Part shown: positions 8,863-18,742 of the stretch, piece by piece | Layout: each line of letters opens with the position of its first letter | Numbering within the stretch: position 1 is the first letter of the stretch | Source of the DNA: Oligoflexales bacterium | GTDB lineage: Bacteria; Bdellovibrionota_B; Oligoflexia; Oligoflexales; Bog-1112 | NCBI GenBank assembly: GCA_045105515.1 | Contig: JBGCDR010000029.1 | Location: 1 to 46,023, forward strand | Direction: 5' to 3' | DNA length: 46,023 nt | Made by a program: the position numbers and the translations under genes | Notes under the pieces: generated by a model | The model's input: the letters and a program-made list of their open reading frames with translations, nothing else | What the model was told of the DNA's origin: nothing | Databases searched by the model: none

Positions 8863-10294
8863 CTGTGGTAAGCGTTTCTTGCTTTAGTTGCGAAGAGACA
8901 ATAGCTTTGGCTGATTTTAATATTTCTTTTTTTATCTCTTTTTTTTGTTCATCCTTGTAGAGTGAGTTTACAATATAGCTTTTAGTTTTGAACGTATACA
9001 AATCAGCTAACCACATAGAAAATTTTCCACTAAGCAAACGTGACTCCAGCTCTAGGTATGTTTCAAAAAATCTTACTGGCCTTTTCTGAGCGTAGCTAGG
9101 TACCCAAATTTTACAAAACACTTCAGGATGTTTTTTGCTTAGGTAAACTGCTGCAAAGTACTCTCTCAAATATGCGCGATGTTCATCAAAATACCGTTCG
9201 ACGTCGTAGTCTGACCTTGCTTTACCCATGATTTCAAATAGTTCATTAGATTTCCTATCAAGTTCAAGAAATTTTACCAACTTCATGCTATGGCTTCTTC
9301 GTGTGACAGTTTCTTTAAGATTGTAAGGATTATCATTTTGCATTTTCGATAATTCCGCAAAAATTTGATCAAAACCAAGAATTTTGTTTGCCTTTAACTT
9401 AGGAAGTAGATTGTCAGTTTCGAGGCTACTTAAGTATTGTTTTTTTATTTGGTCTTCGAAATCATAAAGTTCTGCCTCAGCTTGGTCCCTTTGCATGTGG
9501 AAACTTTGCCATTTAGAAACGGATTGTGAAAATAGTTGATTTAATCTACGCAGTTTGAGGCTTTTGGCATGAGTCAGCTCGTGTATGATCTTCGGAACTA
9601 ATAATGGGGTTGCTTCTTCTGGATTGACACAGATGCGATGTCGCTTGTCCTGATAATCAGCTGTGGCTCCGAAAAATGATTTACTGCCAGCAGGTTGAAA
9701 GGAAACTTGTTCCAATATGTTTAATACTTGGCGAGATGAGGAATGTCCTGACAGTTGGCGTCTGATTTCGACCTTAAGGGGATTAATAAAGGTGTCAAAA
9801 TTTGAATCTTTGCCTTGAATGCACCTTTCGTTTCGCCCTATTGCTAAGCTCGAGCGGAGCTGAGGGCTATTGAATTTTAGCCATAGTTTAAAGAGGCTAT
9901 TTTTTTTCATCGAAGAAGATGAAGAGTATCCATGCAGCTCATTAAGATAATTGGCCAAAATTTCGCTTTTTTCCTGCAATCTAGGATCTTTTGCAGAAAG
10001 ACGTATAAATGCATCGATATGCTTTATCGTCTTAGCTTTTCGTTTAGGGAATTGCTGCTCTAATTCATTTCGGAGCCTTTTCAATTCAAGATTACGGTAA
10101 TCTTCCCCTAGTTGTCCGATTGAGAAGGTGTTTTGTTCTAAACATTGCTGGAAATTTGTGTCAGAATGAATGCGCTCGGCTTTGCCCAAGTTAGATAAAA
10201 TCAAAAATAAAGCTGCAATGTGGGTGTAAACCCTAATGCGTTTTAGTTGCATAGCCCCTGTTCCCAGAAAGTAAGTTTTTATGATTTCTATCAT
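8855..10294 (-). CDS. Secreted hypothetical protein with an HEXXH motif (possible zincin)
   Basis: Signal-like hydrophobic segment, IIHELTH, downstream DEHRAY; true start may be the second Met. Confidence 0.6.
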   Translation of the reverse strand: MIEIIKTYFLGTGAMQLKRIRVYTHIAALFLILSNLGKAERIHSDTNFQQCLEQNTFSIGQLGEDYRNLELKRLRNELEQQFPKRKAKTIKHIDAFIRLSAKDPRLQEKSEILANYLNELHGYSSSSSMKKNSLFKLWLKFNSPQLRSSLAIGRNERCIQGKDSNFDTFINPLKVEIRRQLSGHSSSRQVLNILEQVSFQPAGSKSFFGATADYQDKRHRICVNPEEATPLLVPKIIHELTHAKSLKLRRLNQLFSQSVSKWQSFHMQRDQAEAELYDFEDQIKKQYLSSLETDNLLPKLKANKILGFDQIFAELSKMQNDNPYNLKETVTRRSHSMKLVKFLELDRKSNELFEIMGKARSDYDVERYFDEHRAYLREYFAAVYLSKKHPEVFCKIWVPSYAQKRPVRFFETYLELESRLLSGKFSMWLADLYTFKTKSYIVNSLYKDEQKKEIKKEILKSAKAIVSSQLKQETLTTVR

Positions 10295-10362
10295 ATCATG
10301 TCCGAATTTTGACTTTATTTAGAAGCGAAAGGATGTATACAGAAAAAGAGTATATTAACTGC

Positions 10363-10390
10363 TTGAAATAATAGGTTTATGTATTATGAT
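10363..10390 (+). promoter_or_regulatory. Putative sigma70 promoter upstream of the fadE leader
   Basis: TTGAAA-N16-TATGAT. Confidence 0.4.
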
Positions 10391-10631
10391 TAGGAATCTA
10401 GTAAGCCCATCCCGAAAGAGAGTTGAACAAGGAAGGCAGATGGTAACGCCAGTTGCTTTAGTTTTTCTGCTGTCTCCAAAGCTCCTTGTTTTCAGAATCG
10501 TACGGATTGACTTGAATACTAGATGAAAAGAGACGAAACTTATTTTGAGCATATTCAAGGCACTACTTGAATAGATTGAGTATACAAAGCTCGTAACTGC
10601 CTTTTTTTGGCATCACTCAGGAGGTTTCTTC

Positions 10632-13124
10632 ATGAATGTACTGTATGGAATTTTCTCAAGTATTCCACTGTCAGTTGATTTGCTGGTAGTGGTAGCAGCA
10701 GCGGTAGGCTTAGGCTATTTTGGGCTGCCTCTTTATGCTTGGACTGTATCAACCTTTCTTTTGCTCTGGCTCTTAGGTGCCCCGAAAATCCTTGTTTTGC
10801 TGCTTACTGTGCCCATGGCAATATGTTGTGTACCTATTTTGCGAAAGCAAATCATCAGTGCAAATGTAATGAAGATTCTGAAGGCGCTTAAGATTCTGCC
10901 TAATATTTCTGAAACAGAAAGAATTGCCTTGGAAGCTGGACACACTTGGGCAGACGCAGAGCTTTTTTCTGGAAATCCAAATATTAACAAATTGATGCAT
11001 GAGCCATACAGTAAGCTCAGTGAAAAAGAGCAGAGTTTTGTTGATAAACAGTGCCACCAAGTTTGTAGGATGATGGATGATCAAAAAGCTTATGAAGATG
11101 GTGATTTACCCAGGGAAGTTTGGGATTATTTGCGTAAAGAGAAGTTCTTTGGCTTGGTCATTCCAGAAGAGTATGGTGGTTTAGGGTTTTCTGGTCTTGG
11201 TCATAGTGAAGTTGTTAGTATGCTTGGCACGCGTTCTATCCCGTTGGCTATTTCTGTTATGGTACCAAACTCTCTTGGGCCAGCTGAGCTTCTTGTGCAC
11301 TATGGGACCGACGAGCAGAAAAAGCACTACCTGCCGCGTCTAGCAAATGGTGAAGAAATACCTTGCTTTGGTTTGACAGAGCCAGAAGCTGGCTCTGACG
11401 CTGGTTCGATGACTTCCCAAGGTGTCGTTTTCAAAGATGAGAATGGCAAACTCATGGTGCGTTTAAATTGGAGGAAGCGGTACATCACCCTGGGAGCGGT
11501 CTCCACAGTTATTGGCTTAGCTGCCAAGCTATCCGATCCGGAAAATTTTCTCGGCAAGGGTGAGAACCTAGGAATTACATGCTTTTTGATTCCAAGCAAT
11601 GCAAAAGGTGTGGTTTTGGGTAAACGCCATGACCCACTTGGAGTTCCATTTTTTAACTCTCCAATTGAGGGCCGCGATGTAGTTATATCAGTTGATCAGA
11701 TTATTGGTGGGGATCAGGGAGCAGGACATGGCTGGAAAATGCTTATGGAGTGTTTAGCTTCTGGGCGCTCTATTTCTCTTCCTGGTCAGAGTACTGGTGG
11801 TGCAAAACGCACGACAAGGATTATTGGGGCTTACGCTCAAGTGCGCCAACAGTTCGGTTTGCCTATTTGTAAATTTGAAGGCATTGAAGAGGCCTTGGCT
11901 CATATTGGTGGGATGACTTACCTTCTTGAGGCTTGTCGTATTTATACTGTAGGTGCTGTTGATAAAGGCTTGAAGCCATCTGTGATTTCTGCAATCGCTA
12001 AGTATCAATCAACTGAGATTTCACGAAAGATCATTAATGATGCTATGGATGTGAGTGGTGGTTCTGGTATTTCACAAGGACCTCGCAACCTACTCGCCAA
12101 TAGCTATATAGCTGCTCCAATTGGGATTACAGTAGAAGGAGCTAATATCCTTACAAGAACCATGATTGTCTTTGGTCAAGGTGCTATACGATGTCATCCT
12201 TATGCTTATAAAGAAGTGGTCGCATTACAGAATGGTGATATAGCTGGCTTTGATAAGGCCTTTATGGGTCATGTGGGTCATGTGGTTAAAAATGGCTGCC
12301 GAGCATTGGTTCTTTCATTAACTCGTGGGCGTGCAGCTAAAGTTCCAAATGGGCCTATGGCGCATTATTATCGCAAGCTAACATGGGCTTCGGCGTCATT
12401 TGCTTTTTTTGCCGATGTCGCAATGGGTACTTTAGGCGGCTCCCTGAAGCTACGTGAAAAGATAACCGGTCGTTATGCGGATATACTATCTTGGATGTAT
12501 CTCATTACTGCGGTGCTCAGACGCTATGAAGCCGAAGGACGTCAAAAAGGGCATGAAGCTTTTGTTCATTATTCCGTTGACTATGGCTTTAAGCAGATTC
12601 AGGAAGCTTTTGATGGAATTTTCAATAACCTAGATGTTCCCGTTTTAGGTTGGGTATTAAAATATCCTGTTGCTTTTTGGTCGCGTATCAACTCTTTCGG
12701 AGATAAGCCTTCTGATGAAGTAGGATCTGCAATAGCTAAGGCAATTACTAACCCTGGGGAACTTAGGGATGCGATCACTGAGCGAGCAGTTTACATTCCT
12801 AAAGAGCCAGAAGATGCTCTAGGGCGCTTGGAACACGCTTTTGCTCTTGCTGTTGAGTCGCAGGGAATCTTTAAGAAGATTTCTAAAGCTACGAAGGAAG
12901 GGATTTTGCCGAAGGCCAAGCCTCATAAGTTGGTTGACGAAGCAAGAGAAAAGGGAGTGATAACTCGTGAAGAAGCAGAAATACTTCAGCTTGCTAAAGA
13001 TGCAAGCCAGGAGGCAATTGAAGTGGATTCATTTAAGCTCGAAGAATATAGAAAGGGAGTCACGAATTTGCAGACTGGTTTAGCAGGAGAAGACAAGGGC
13101 GAAGCACTCGCTTCTAATGCTTAG
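10632..13124 (+). CDS. fadE: Long-form acyl-CoA dehydrogenase FadE
   Basis: N-terminal TM, SETERIALEAG, VMVPNSLGPAELL, CFGLTEPEAGSDAG, ITVEGANILTR, C-terminal DUF1974-like region. Confidence 0.95.
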   Translation: MNVLYGIFSSIPLSVDLLVVVAAAVGLGYFGLPLYAWTVSTFLLLWLLGAPKILVLLLTVPMAICCVPILRKQIISANVMKILKALKILPNISETERIALEAGHTWADAELFSGNPNINKLMHEPYSKLSEKEQSFVDKQCHQVCRMMDDQKAYEDGDLPREVWDYLRKEKFFGLVIPEEYGGLGFSGLGHSEVVSMLGTRSIPLAISVMVPNSLGPAELLVHYGTDEQKKHYLPRLANGEEIPCFGLTEPEAGSDAGSMTSQGVVFKDENGKLMVRLNWRKRYITLGAVSTVIGLAAKLSDPENFLGKGENLGITCFLIPSNAKGVVLGKRHDPLGVPFFNSPIEGRDVVISVDQIIGGDQGAGHGWKMLMECLASGRSISLPGQSTGGAKRTTRIIGAYAQVRQQFGLPICKFEGIEEALAHIGGMTYLLEACRIYTVGAVDKGLKPSVISAIAKYQSTEISRKIINDAMDVSGGSGISQGPRNLLANSYIAAPIGITVEGANILTRTMIVFGQGAIRCHPYAYKEVVALQNGDIAGFDKAFMGHVGHVVKNGCRALVLSLTRGRAAKVPNGPMAHYYRKLTWASASFAFFADVAMGTLGGSLKLREKITGRYADILSWMYLITAVLRRYEAEGRQKGHEAFVHYSVDYGFKQIQEAFDGIFNNLDVPVLGWVLKYPVAFWSRINSFGDKPSDEVGSAIAKAITNPGELRDAITERAVYIPKEPEDALGRLEHAFALAVESQGIFKKISKATKEGILPKAKPHKLVDEAREKGVITREEAEILQLAKDASQEAIEVDSFKLEEYRKGVTNLQTGLAGEDKGEALASNA

Positions 13125-13144
13125 TAGGTCTTTATTTTTATAAA

Positions 13145-13174
13145 GGAGGGGCTTACCCTTGGGGGAGCTTCTCC
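13145..13174 (+). terminator. Stable hairpin downstream of fadE
   Basis: GGAGGGGCTT/GAGCTTCTCC stem with G-U pairs plus inner CCC/GGG; no U tail. Confidence 0.4.
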
Positions 13175-13406
13175 ATAACCACTCGAGATGGCAGGCATAC
13201 TCTTCTCTAGTGAAAAGAGCAAAGCTGTCCTTAACCGTGGGCCTGCGTTGATCGTGACCAAAATATTGGCCCTATATCCTAAAGACAATGAGCTATCTTT
13301 TTTATGCTTAGATCACTTCTAAACTTAGGAGATGACAAATGAGTCGAAGTTGTGGCAACAGTAAGGTGGTTGGTAAACGAAGAAATGTCAGGGAATAGGC
13401 ACTTCC

Positions 13407-13712
13407 ATGCGCAAGAATATTTTAAAACATAAAATAGCCAGTGCAGGGCAGAAGCAAATAGAAGCTAAGCAGATTGCGCATAGGCTCCAAGAGTTGCTTC
13501 CAAGCAGATTGGCTGACATCGCCAGGAATAGGCGTGGAAACTGTTCAGTCGCAAAATCGACACGGATTGCTTTACAAGATCCAGGTTATCTCGCTTATTT
13601 GGATGAGCTTGTAGAGGTTAAGATGCAAGCTTGCGAACATCGTATATTATGGGAAACCCGTTCCATGCTTTTAAAAGCATGGCAGAGCGTCGAGGCCTAC
13701 CACCGATCTTAG
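13407..13712 (+). CDS. Hypothetical protein (basic, helical)
   Basis: 101 aa ORF co-oriented between fadE and fadF; no recognised motif. Confidence 0.6.
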   Translation: MRKNILKHKIASAGQKQIEAKQIAHRLQELLPSRLADIARNRRGNCSVAKSTRIALQDPGYLAYLDELVEVKMQACEHRILWETRSMLLKAWQSVEAYHRS

Positions 13713-13762
13713 TCTGTATAAGTCGTGGCGGAGTCTTCAGTCATTAACGAAATGGAAGAATT

Positions 13763-15784
13763 ATGAGTTTATTAGTGAATGTTGTTTTTGTGGGAGTGAG
13801 CCTCGGAGTTTTTGCCTTCTTTTTCAGAAATATCATGAAGACTTGGCAGCGAATTACCACGGTGGGACAAGGGTTTGAGGAGGATCGTTCCAGTGAGTCT
13901 GTCCAACGGATGGTGAATATGTTGCGCGGAGGATTGATTCAATCGCGTATGTTTAAAGATCTCGTGCCGGGGATTATGCACTTTTTGATTTTTTGGGGTT
14001 TCGTAACAGTTTCTTTGGGAACTATAGAAACACTTCTATATGGTGCATTTAGGCCTTTTTCTATCCTGCATCTGCTAGGTGATGGCATTGTTTTCAAAGG
14101 TTTTTTGTTTAGCCAGGATCTTGGAAATACAGCTGTCCTGTTAGCTATTGGTTTTGCTCTTGCACGCAGAGCTTTTTTTCCTCCTGCTCGTCTAACAAGC
14201 CTAGGGAAAGAGTCTAAGAAAGATGCATATATTGTATTGTCGCTGATTTTTATGCTCGTATTTACTGCTCTTTGCACAATGGGAGCTAAGACTTTTGTTT
14301 CTAGTGGTGAGGGGCTTCCAGCATCAAGCTTGCCATTCTCTCGCTTTTTTGCTGGTTTATTGTTCAGTGGATTCTTGTCTGACGAGGGCTCTTGGTTCCT
14401 TGTTTCTGAAGGCTTCTGGTGGCTGCACGTTGCGGTCCTGTTTGGGTTTACAACATTTTTGCCCTTTTCGAAGCATCAGCATTTATTATGGGTATGGCCA
14501 AACATGTTCTTCAAAAGTCTAAAGGGTAGTGGTCGCTTGCGGCCAATGGAGTTTGATGAAGAGGCTGAGAGCTTTGGTGTTGGTAAGGTCGAAGAGTTTA
14601 GTTGGAAACAGCTACTTGATGGTATGACTTGTGTAGAGTGTGGTCGCTGCACCTCAGTTTGTCCTGCTTCAAACACTGAAAAACCGCTTGATCCTCGTTT
14701 GATGATTCATCACCTTAAAGATGCAATGCAGGATGCGGTGTTAAATCCTGAAGAAGATAAACGTAAAGCACTAATTGGCGATGTTGTATCTCGTGATGAG
14801 CTATGGGCGTGCACAACCTGCGGCGCTTGTATGGAAGCCTGCCCACTACATATTGAGCATATTCCAGCTATTGTCGACATGCGTCGCTATATGACTATGA
14901 CTGAGGGGGAGATGCCAGCGGAGCTTCAAGGTACTTTAGAAAATCTTGAAACAAACAACAACCCTTGGGGAATCAGTAATGATTCTCGTGCAGATTGGGC
15001 GAAGGGTTTAGGTGTCAGCACTATGTCCGAAAAGAGTGATGTAGAGTACCTCTTCTGGGTAGGTTGCGCAGGCTCCTTCGACGAGCGTTATAAAAAAGTG
15101 TCACGTTCCTTTGTCTCGATAATGCAAAAAGCTGGTGTAAGCTTTTCAATTTTAGGAAGTGAAGAGGTTTGCAACGGGGATACTGCGAGGCGTGCTGGTA
15201 ATGAGTACTTAGCTGACGCACAGATACGACAAAATTGTGAAACTTTTGAACGTTACAAAGTGAAGAAGGTGGTGACAGGATGCCCTCACTGTTTCAACAC
15301 TATTAAGAATGAATATCCGGACTTTGGCTACAAGACGGAGGTCATCCATCACAGTCAGTTGATCAATGATCTTATTGCAGAAGGCAAAATATCTCCTAAT
15401 AAAAACACTCAGGAAGTGGTCAAAACCACCTACCATGATTCGTGTTATTTAGGCCGTCATAATAAGATTTATGAGAGCCCTCGGGATACATTGAAGGCTG
15501 CTGGTCAAGGTAACTTGGTTGAGATGGAAAGGCAGCGTGAAAATGGATTTTGTTGTGGTGCTGGTGGAGCCCGTATGTGGATGGAAGAAACTATTGGGTC
15601 ACGTATTAATGTAAATCGAGCAAAAGAGGCTGTAGAGACCGGGGCAAAAGCGGTGGCGACGGCATGTCCTTTCTGTATGACTATGATGACTGATGGAATT
15701 ACAGCTTGTGGGAAAGAAAAAGAAGTGGAAGTTAAAGATATTGCAGAGGTAGTGGCTGCGAGTTTAGGTGAGGCCGGTAATTAG
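13763..15784 (+). CDS. fadF: Membrane-bound Fe-S oxidoreductase, heterodisulfide-reductase-related (FadF-like)
   Basis: N-terminal TM domain, [12 protein letters not shown] and [12 protein letters not shown] ferredoxin motifs, two CCG domains (GCAG..CPHC; HDSC..CCGAGG..ACPFC). Confidence 0.9.
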   Translation: MSLLVNVVFVGVSLGVFAFFFRNIMKTWQRITTVGQGFEEDRSSESVQRMVNMLRGGLIQSRMFKDLVPGIMHFLIFWGFVTVSLGTIETLLYGAFRPFSILHLLGDGIVFKGFLFSQDLGNTAVLLAIGFALARRAFFPPARLTSLGKESKKDAYIVLSLIFMLVFTALCTMGAKTFVSSGEGLPASSLPFSRFFAGLLFSGFLSDEGSWFLVSEGFWWLHVAVLFGFTTFLPFSKHQHLLWVWPNMFFKSLKGSGRLRPMEFDEEAESFGVGKVEEFSWKQLLDGMTCVECGRCTSVCPASNTEKPLDPRLMIHHLKDAMQDAVLNPEEDKRKALIGDVVSRDELWACTTCGACMEACPLHIEHIPAIVDMRRYMTMTEGEMPAELQGTLENLETNNNPWGISNDSRADWAKGLGVSTMSEKSDVEYLFWVGCAGSFDERYKKVSRSFVSIMQKAGVSFSILGSEEVCNGDTARRAGNEYLADAQIRQNCETFERYKVKKVVTGCPHCFNTIKNEYPDFGYKTEVIHHSQLINDLIAEGKISPNKNTQEVVKTTYHDSCYLGRHNKIYESPRDTLKAAGQGNLVEMERQRENGFCCGAGGARMWMEETIGSRINVNRAKEAVETGAKAVATACPFCMTMMTDGITACGKEKEVEVKDIAEVVAASLGEAGN

Positions 15785-15802
15785 GATATTTTTGGCTTTT
15801 AG

Positions 15803-15959
15803 GAGGTTTCTCCATTCGTAAAACTCAGTCGAAATGACTGTGCTCGTAAAACTCAGCCGAAATGCCGATAATATATTAACAAGTCATCCCGACAGAGCAA
15901 AGCGATTGGAGGGATCTCTTATAGGGAATCTCCAATTGTAAAACTCACGCGAAATGAAG
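15803..15959. repeat. Cluster of REP-like palindromic elements (GTCAT...ATGAC type)
   Basis: Three direct copies of TYGTAAAACTCA..CGAAATG (15803-15838, 15843-15866, 15924-15959) and one inverted homologue GTCATCCCGACAGAGCAAAGCGATTGGAGGGATCTC (15883-15918) between convergent genes. Confidence 0.8.
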
Positions 15960-15977
15960 CTAAAACTAGGCTCTTTG

Positions 15978-16913
15978 TTATAATGAATTGAGCTTCACAA
16001 GAGTCTGCTTAAGATCTTCGGAATGAAAAATTTTTGTCCCCTTCGGGAGGCAGCGTCTTGCCAAGCCAAATAACACTTTGCCTGGTCCGGTCTCAACGAA
16101 AACCTGGGCGTCCTTATTGTGAGCACTTTCCATGGTTTTAGTCCAGAGTACTGGCTTATCAATCTGCGAGATCAATAGGTTTGCGTTGTAAGGATCTTCG
16201 ATCTTGCCCGTAAGGTTCGCAATGACTTGCCCTCGGCCTGCATGAAATAAAGTATTTTCCAACAGAGGGCTCATCTTTAAACGTGCGGGCTTCATCAAGC
16301 TCGAATGGAAGGGGGCGCTTACCGGTAATGGAATTGTTCGTATGCTGTCTTTGCTTAAGCTTTCGCAAACTTGTTCTACGGCAATCTTATCACCTGAAAT
16401 AATTTGCTGCGCAGGTGAGTTAAAGTTGACTACTTCAACCGTTTTGCCAAGCTTTTCACTTGTCACGGAGCATAATTTAATCAGCTCCTCTGGATTGAGT
16501 CCAATGACAGCTGCCATCGCACCCTTACCTTTGGGAACAGCTTCCTGCATAGCTTGCCCACGCTTATGTACCAACTGAACTGCCTTCGAAAAGTCGAGTT
16601 TGCCGCTGGCAACCAAAGCAGAGAATTCTCCGAGGCTATGACCAGCAAACAGCTTGGCATTTCCTGCAGCACACTCCTCCTTGATCACATTCCATATAGC
16701 AACACTGAGTGTAAGAATGCAAGGTTGTTGGTTTGCAGTGAGTTCAAGATCTTCTTTAGGGCCGTTTAGACATAGTTTGCGAATGGGATGACGAATAGCA
16801 TCTTCAGCTTCCTCAAAAACTAACTTAGTATTTGGGAAGTCAGCAAACAGTTTTGATCCCATGCCAACGCTTTGAGAACCTTGACCTGGAAACATCATCA
16901 AATATGATGCCAT
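15978..16913 (-). CDS. fabD: Malonyl-CoA:ACP transacylase
   Basis: FPGQGSQ, AGHSLGE, VSAPFHS, ETGPGKVL. Confidence 0.97.
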   Translation of the reverse strand: MASYLMMFPGQGSQSVGMGSKLFADFPNTKLVFEEAEDAIRHPIRKLCLNGPKEDLELTANQQPCILTLSVAIWNVIKEECAAGNAKLFAGHSLGEFSALVASGKLDFSKAVQLVHKRGQAMQEAVPKGKGAMAAVIGLNPEELIKLCSVTSEKLGKTVEVVNFNSPAQQIISGDKIAVEQVCESLSKDSIRTIPLPVSAPFHSSLMKPARLKMSPLLENTLFHAGRGQVIANLTGKIEDPYNANLLISQIDKPVLWTKTMESAHNKDAQVFVETGPGKVLFGLARRCLPKGTKIFHSEDLKQTLVKLNSL

Positions 16914-16919
16914 AATCGC

Positions 16920-17147
16920 CTAGGACTCAGCTTTGAAATCAGCGCCAGTTCCGTCCCAGCTACTATCAACGGTTTTTGGTTCCATAACTTGTTGTCCTGC
17001 ATAGTGTCCGCATGCATGACAAGCTACGTGAGGCCTCTTGACTTCCTGGCAATTTGGACAAGTAGAAAGTCCAGGAGCTTTTAGCGCATGATGCGAACGA
17101 CGCATATTTCTTTTTGAAGCAGATGTACGAAACTTAGGTACTGGCAT
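16920..17147 (-). CDS. rpmF: 50S ribosomal protein L32 (Zn-ribbon form)
   Basis: MPVPKFRTSASKRNMRRSH, CPNC..CHAC; AGGAG SD upstream of ATG at 17147. Confidence 0.96.
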   Translation of the reverse strand: MPVPKFRTSASKRNMRRSHHALKAPGLSTCPNCQEVKRPHVACHACGHYAGQQVMEPKTVDSSWDGTGADFKAES

Positions 17148-17210
17148 TTTATTAATTTCTCCTAACAACAGCCCACTTTGCAGGCGTATCTCGCCCGCAT
17201 AGGACCTAAC

Positions 17211-17239
17211 TTGATAACTTTTTGAGGCAATAGGGTCAA
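17211..17239 (-). promoter_or_regulatory. Putative sigma70 promoter of rpmF-fabD
   Basis: Minus strand TTGACC-N17-TATCAA. Confidence 0.45.
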
Positions 17240-17279
17240 TAAGAAAAGGGAGATTATGAGCTAGTTCGAAAGTAACAAA

Positions 17280-18476
17280 CTAGAATACTTGCGATAAATA
17301 TAGGCTTGCTCCCTGCTCCCGAACGGTCCCTTGTACATAGACTTGCGAACCTTTGCCTGTCAGCTCGCTAATATAGGCGTCTTTGAAAAAGATGACAAGC
17401 ATCTCTCTATTTGATTTGTCGCGCATTGCAATGCTGCATTTGATCCTACATTCATCTAGATCGCTCAGCTTGAAGCTGAGTGGGCCAACTGTAACAAGCT
17501 GGTTGTCATACTTCTTTAGCGCCGAAATTTCACGAACCAGTGAGTCTTCAGATACTCCCTTTGGCACACTACTACGAAATGGGTTGAGGCTAATGGATTG
17601 CTTTTGTCTACGTGGCTTAGAATTATTTGTATTCTTGCGTATATTGTGAGCGTCGAGGAGATTCACATCTTTCTTGTCTTCCTTTGTTTTTGGTTTTATC
17701 GCCCGTCGAGGTTTGAGTTCATGGTGCTCTACCGGGTCGCTACTTTGAAATTTGAAAAATTCTATATCACCTCGAATCATTAGGTATAATACGCCGCAGG
17801 CTACCAACAGTAAAAAACATAGTCCCAAGATAATGATTTGCTGTTGGTTTTGCCCGAAGCTCATACCAGAAGCATAAGCAGTAGATTGCTGAGGCATAGT
17901 TCTAGTTTTAGGGGATTTTTTACGCTTGTTCTTGTCCCCCTTGCTCTTTTTAGAAAGCTGTTTGTAGGTCTTTACAAACTTTGCAACCGATATTTCACCC
18001 TTAGCATTTGCCTTACCAACTCGGTATTGGTTGTTGATTTTTTTGCTTGTATATAAGTGGGTTATTTCCTGAGCAGAAAGCATGTTGCTTTTTCCATTTT
18101 TTTCATCAATTAAGAAAAACTTTTTAACTTTATTGCGTCTTTCCTTATTGTCCTTTGGGGTGAGGGCTTCAACACTAGGGTCAGCTAAACCTAAAAAGGA
18201 AGCGTCTTCAGCAAGTTCAGGTGGAGGAGCTTGAACGGCAACAACTTTGGTCACTTGGCCCGGAGCTTGGCGTGGTTCTGATTTCTCTGACACTTCATCA
18301 GCTGTGTCAAATATAGCATCGATTTCTATAAGCTCTTGTTTTTGCTGAGATCCTTCTTCGCTAACAGTGACAAAAGGATCTATCAGACCTTTGCGTAAGG
18401 CTTTTCTGATTTGGCCCGCATCCCAAGGACCTCTTAAGGTCCCATCATCATTGTGAATAAGCCACTTTCTTGCCAA
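17280..18476 (-). CDS. Bitopic membrane protein with N-terminal GYF_2-like domain(s) and a possible C-terminal OB-like fold
   Basis: W-x9-GPW..QIR..L..G.I pattern, a second degenerate copy, one TM helix, beta-rich C-terminus; TTG start with GGAG SD. Confidence 0.65.
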   Translation of the reverse strand: MARKWLIHNDDGTLRGPWDAGQIRKALRKGLIDPFVTVSEEGSQQKQELIEIDAIFDTADEVSEKSEPRQAPGQVTKVVAVQAPPPELAEDASFLGLADPSVEALTPKDNKERRNKVKKFFLIDEKNGKSNMLSAQEITHLYTSKKINNQYRVGKANAKGEISVAKFVKTYKQLSKKSKGDKNKRKKSPKTRTMPQQSTAYASGMSFGQNQQQIIILGLCFLLLVACGVLYLMIRGDIEFFKFQSSDPVEHHELKPRRAIKPKTKEDKKDVNLLDAHNIRKNTNNSKPRRQKQSISLNPFRSSVPKGVSEDSLVREISALKKYDNQLVTVGPLSFKLSDLDECRIKCSIAMRDKSNREMLVIFFKDAYISELTGKGSQVYVQGTVREQGASLYLSQVF

Positions 18477-18742
18477 ATCATACTCCAGCTAGTTAATGAG
18501 AGTGCAAGTCTGTACGATAGATCGGTAGAAAAGAGCGGAAAATTCACCGGCTTGAGACTTTCATGGGTAGGTTAAGTTGCTAATGATAAAAATGTATCAT
18601 AAAAACAAATGGTTAAAAATTGACCCGAATAAAAAAATGATGAGTAATCTTATTACACTTGCAATTTGGCATGCTTTCGGCTATTCGTATGCATTATTTT
18701 GTCCTTCCATCTTTAAGTGATGAGATTTAGAGAATAGTTCCC

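Noticed and set aside
10396..10524. Calling the hairpin 6S or SRP RNA
   Set aside because: No SRP GGAA/CAGG-AGCA motif; shorter than 6S and not in a zapA/ygfA context
13190..13250. c-di-GMP-I riboswitch resemblance (GGCATAC...GCAAAGC)
   Set aside because: Lacks the GNRA tetraloop/receptor and the P1/P2 organisation
15803..15959. Possible CRISPR array
   Set aside because: Repeats are degenerate, irregularly spaced, include an inverted copy, and no cas genes are present; REP-like instead
18666..18682. Sigma54 promoter upstream of yceD (TTGGCATG...CGGC)
   Set aside because: GG-N10-GC spacing fits but the -12 element lacks TTGC; too weak
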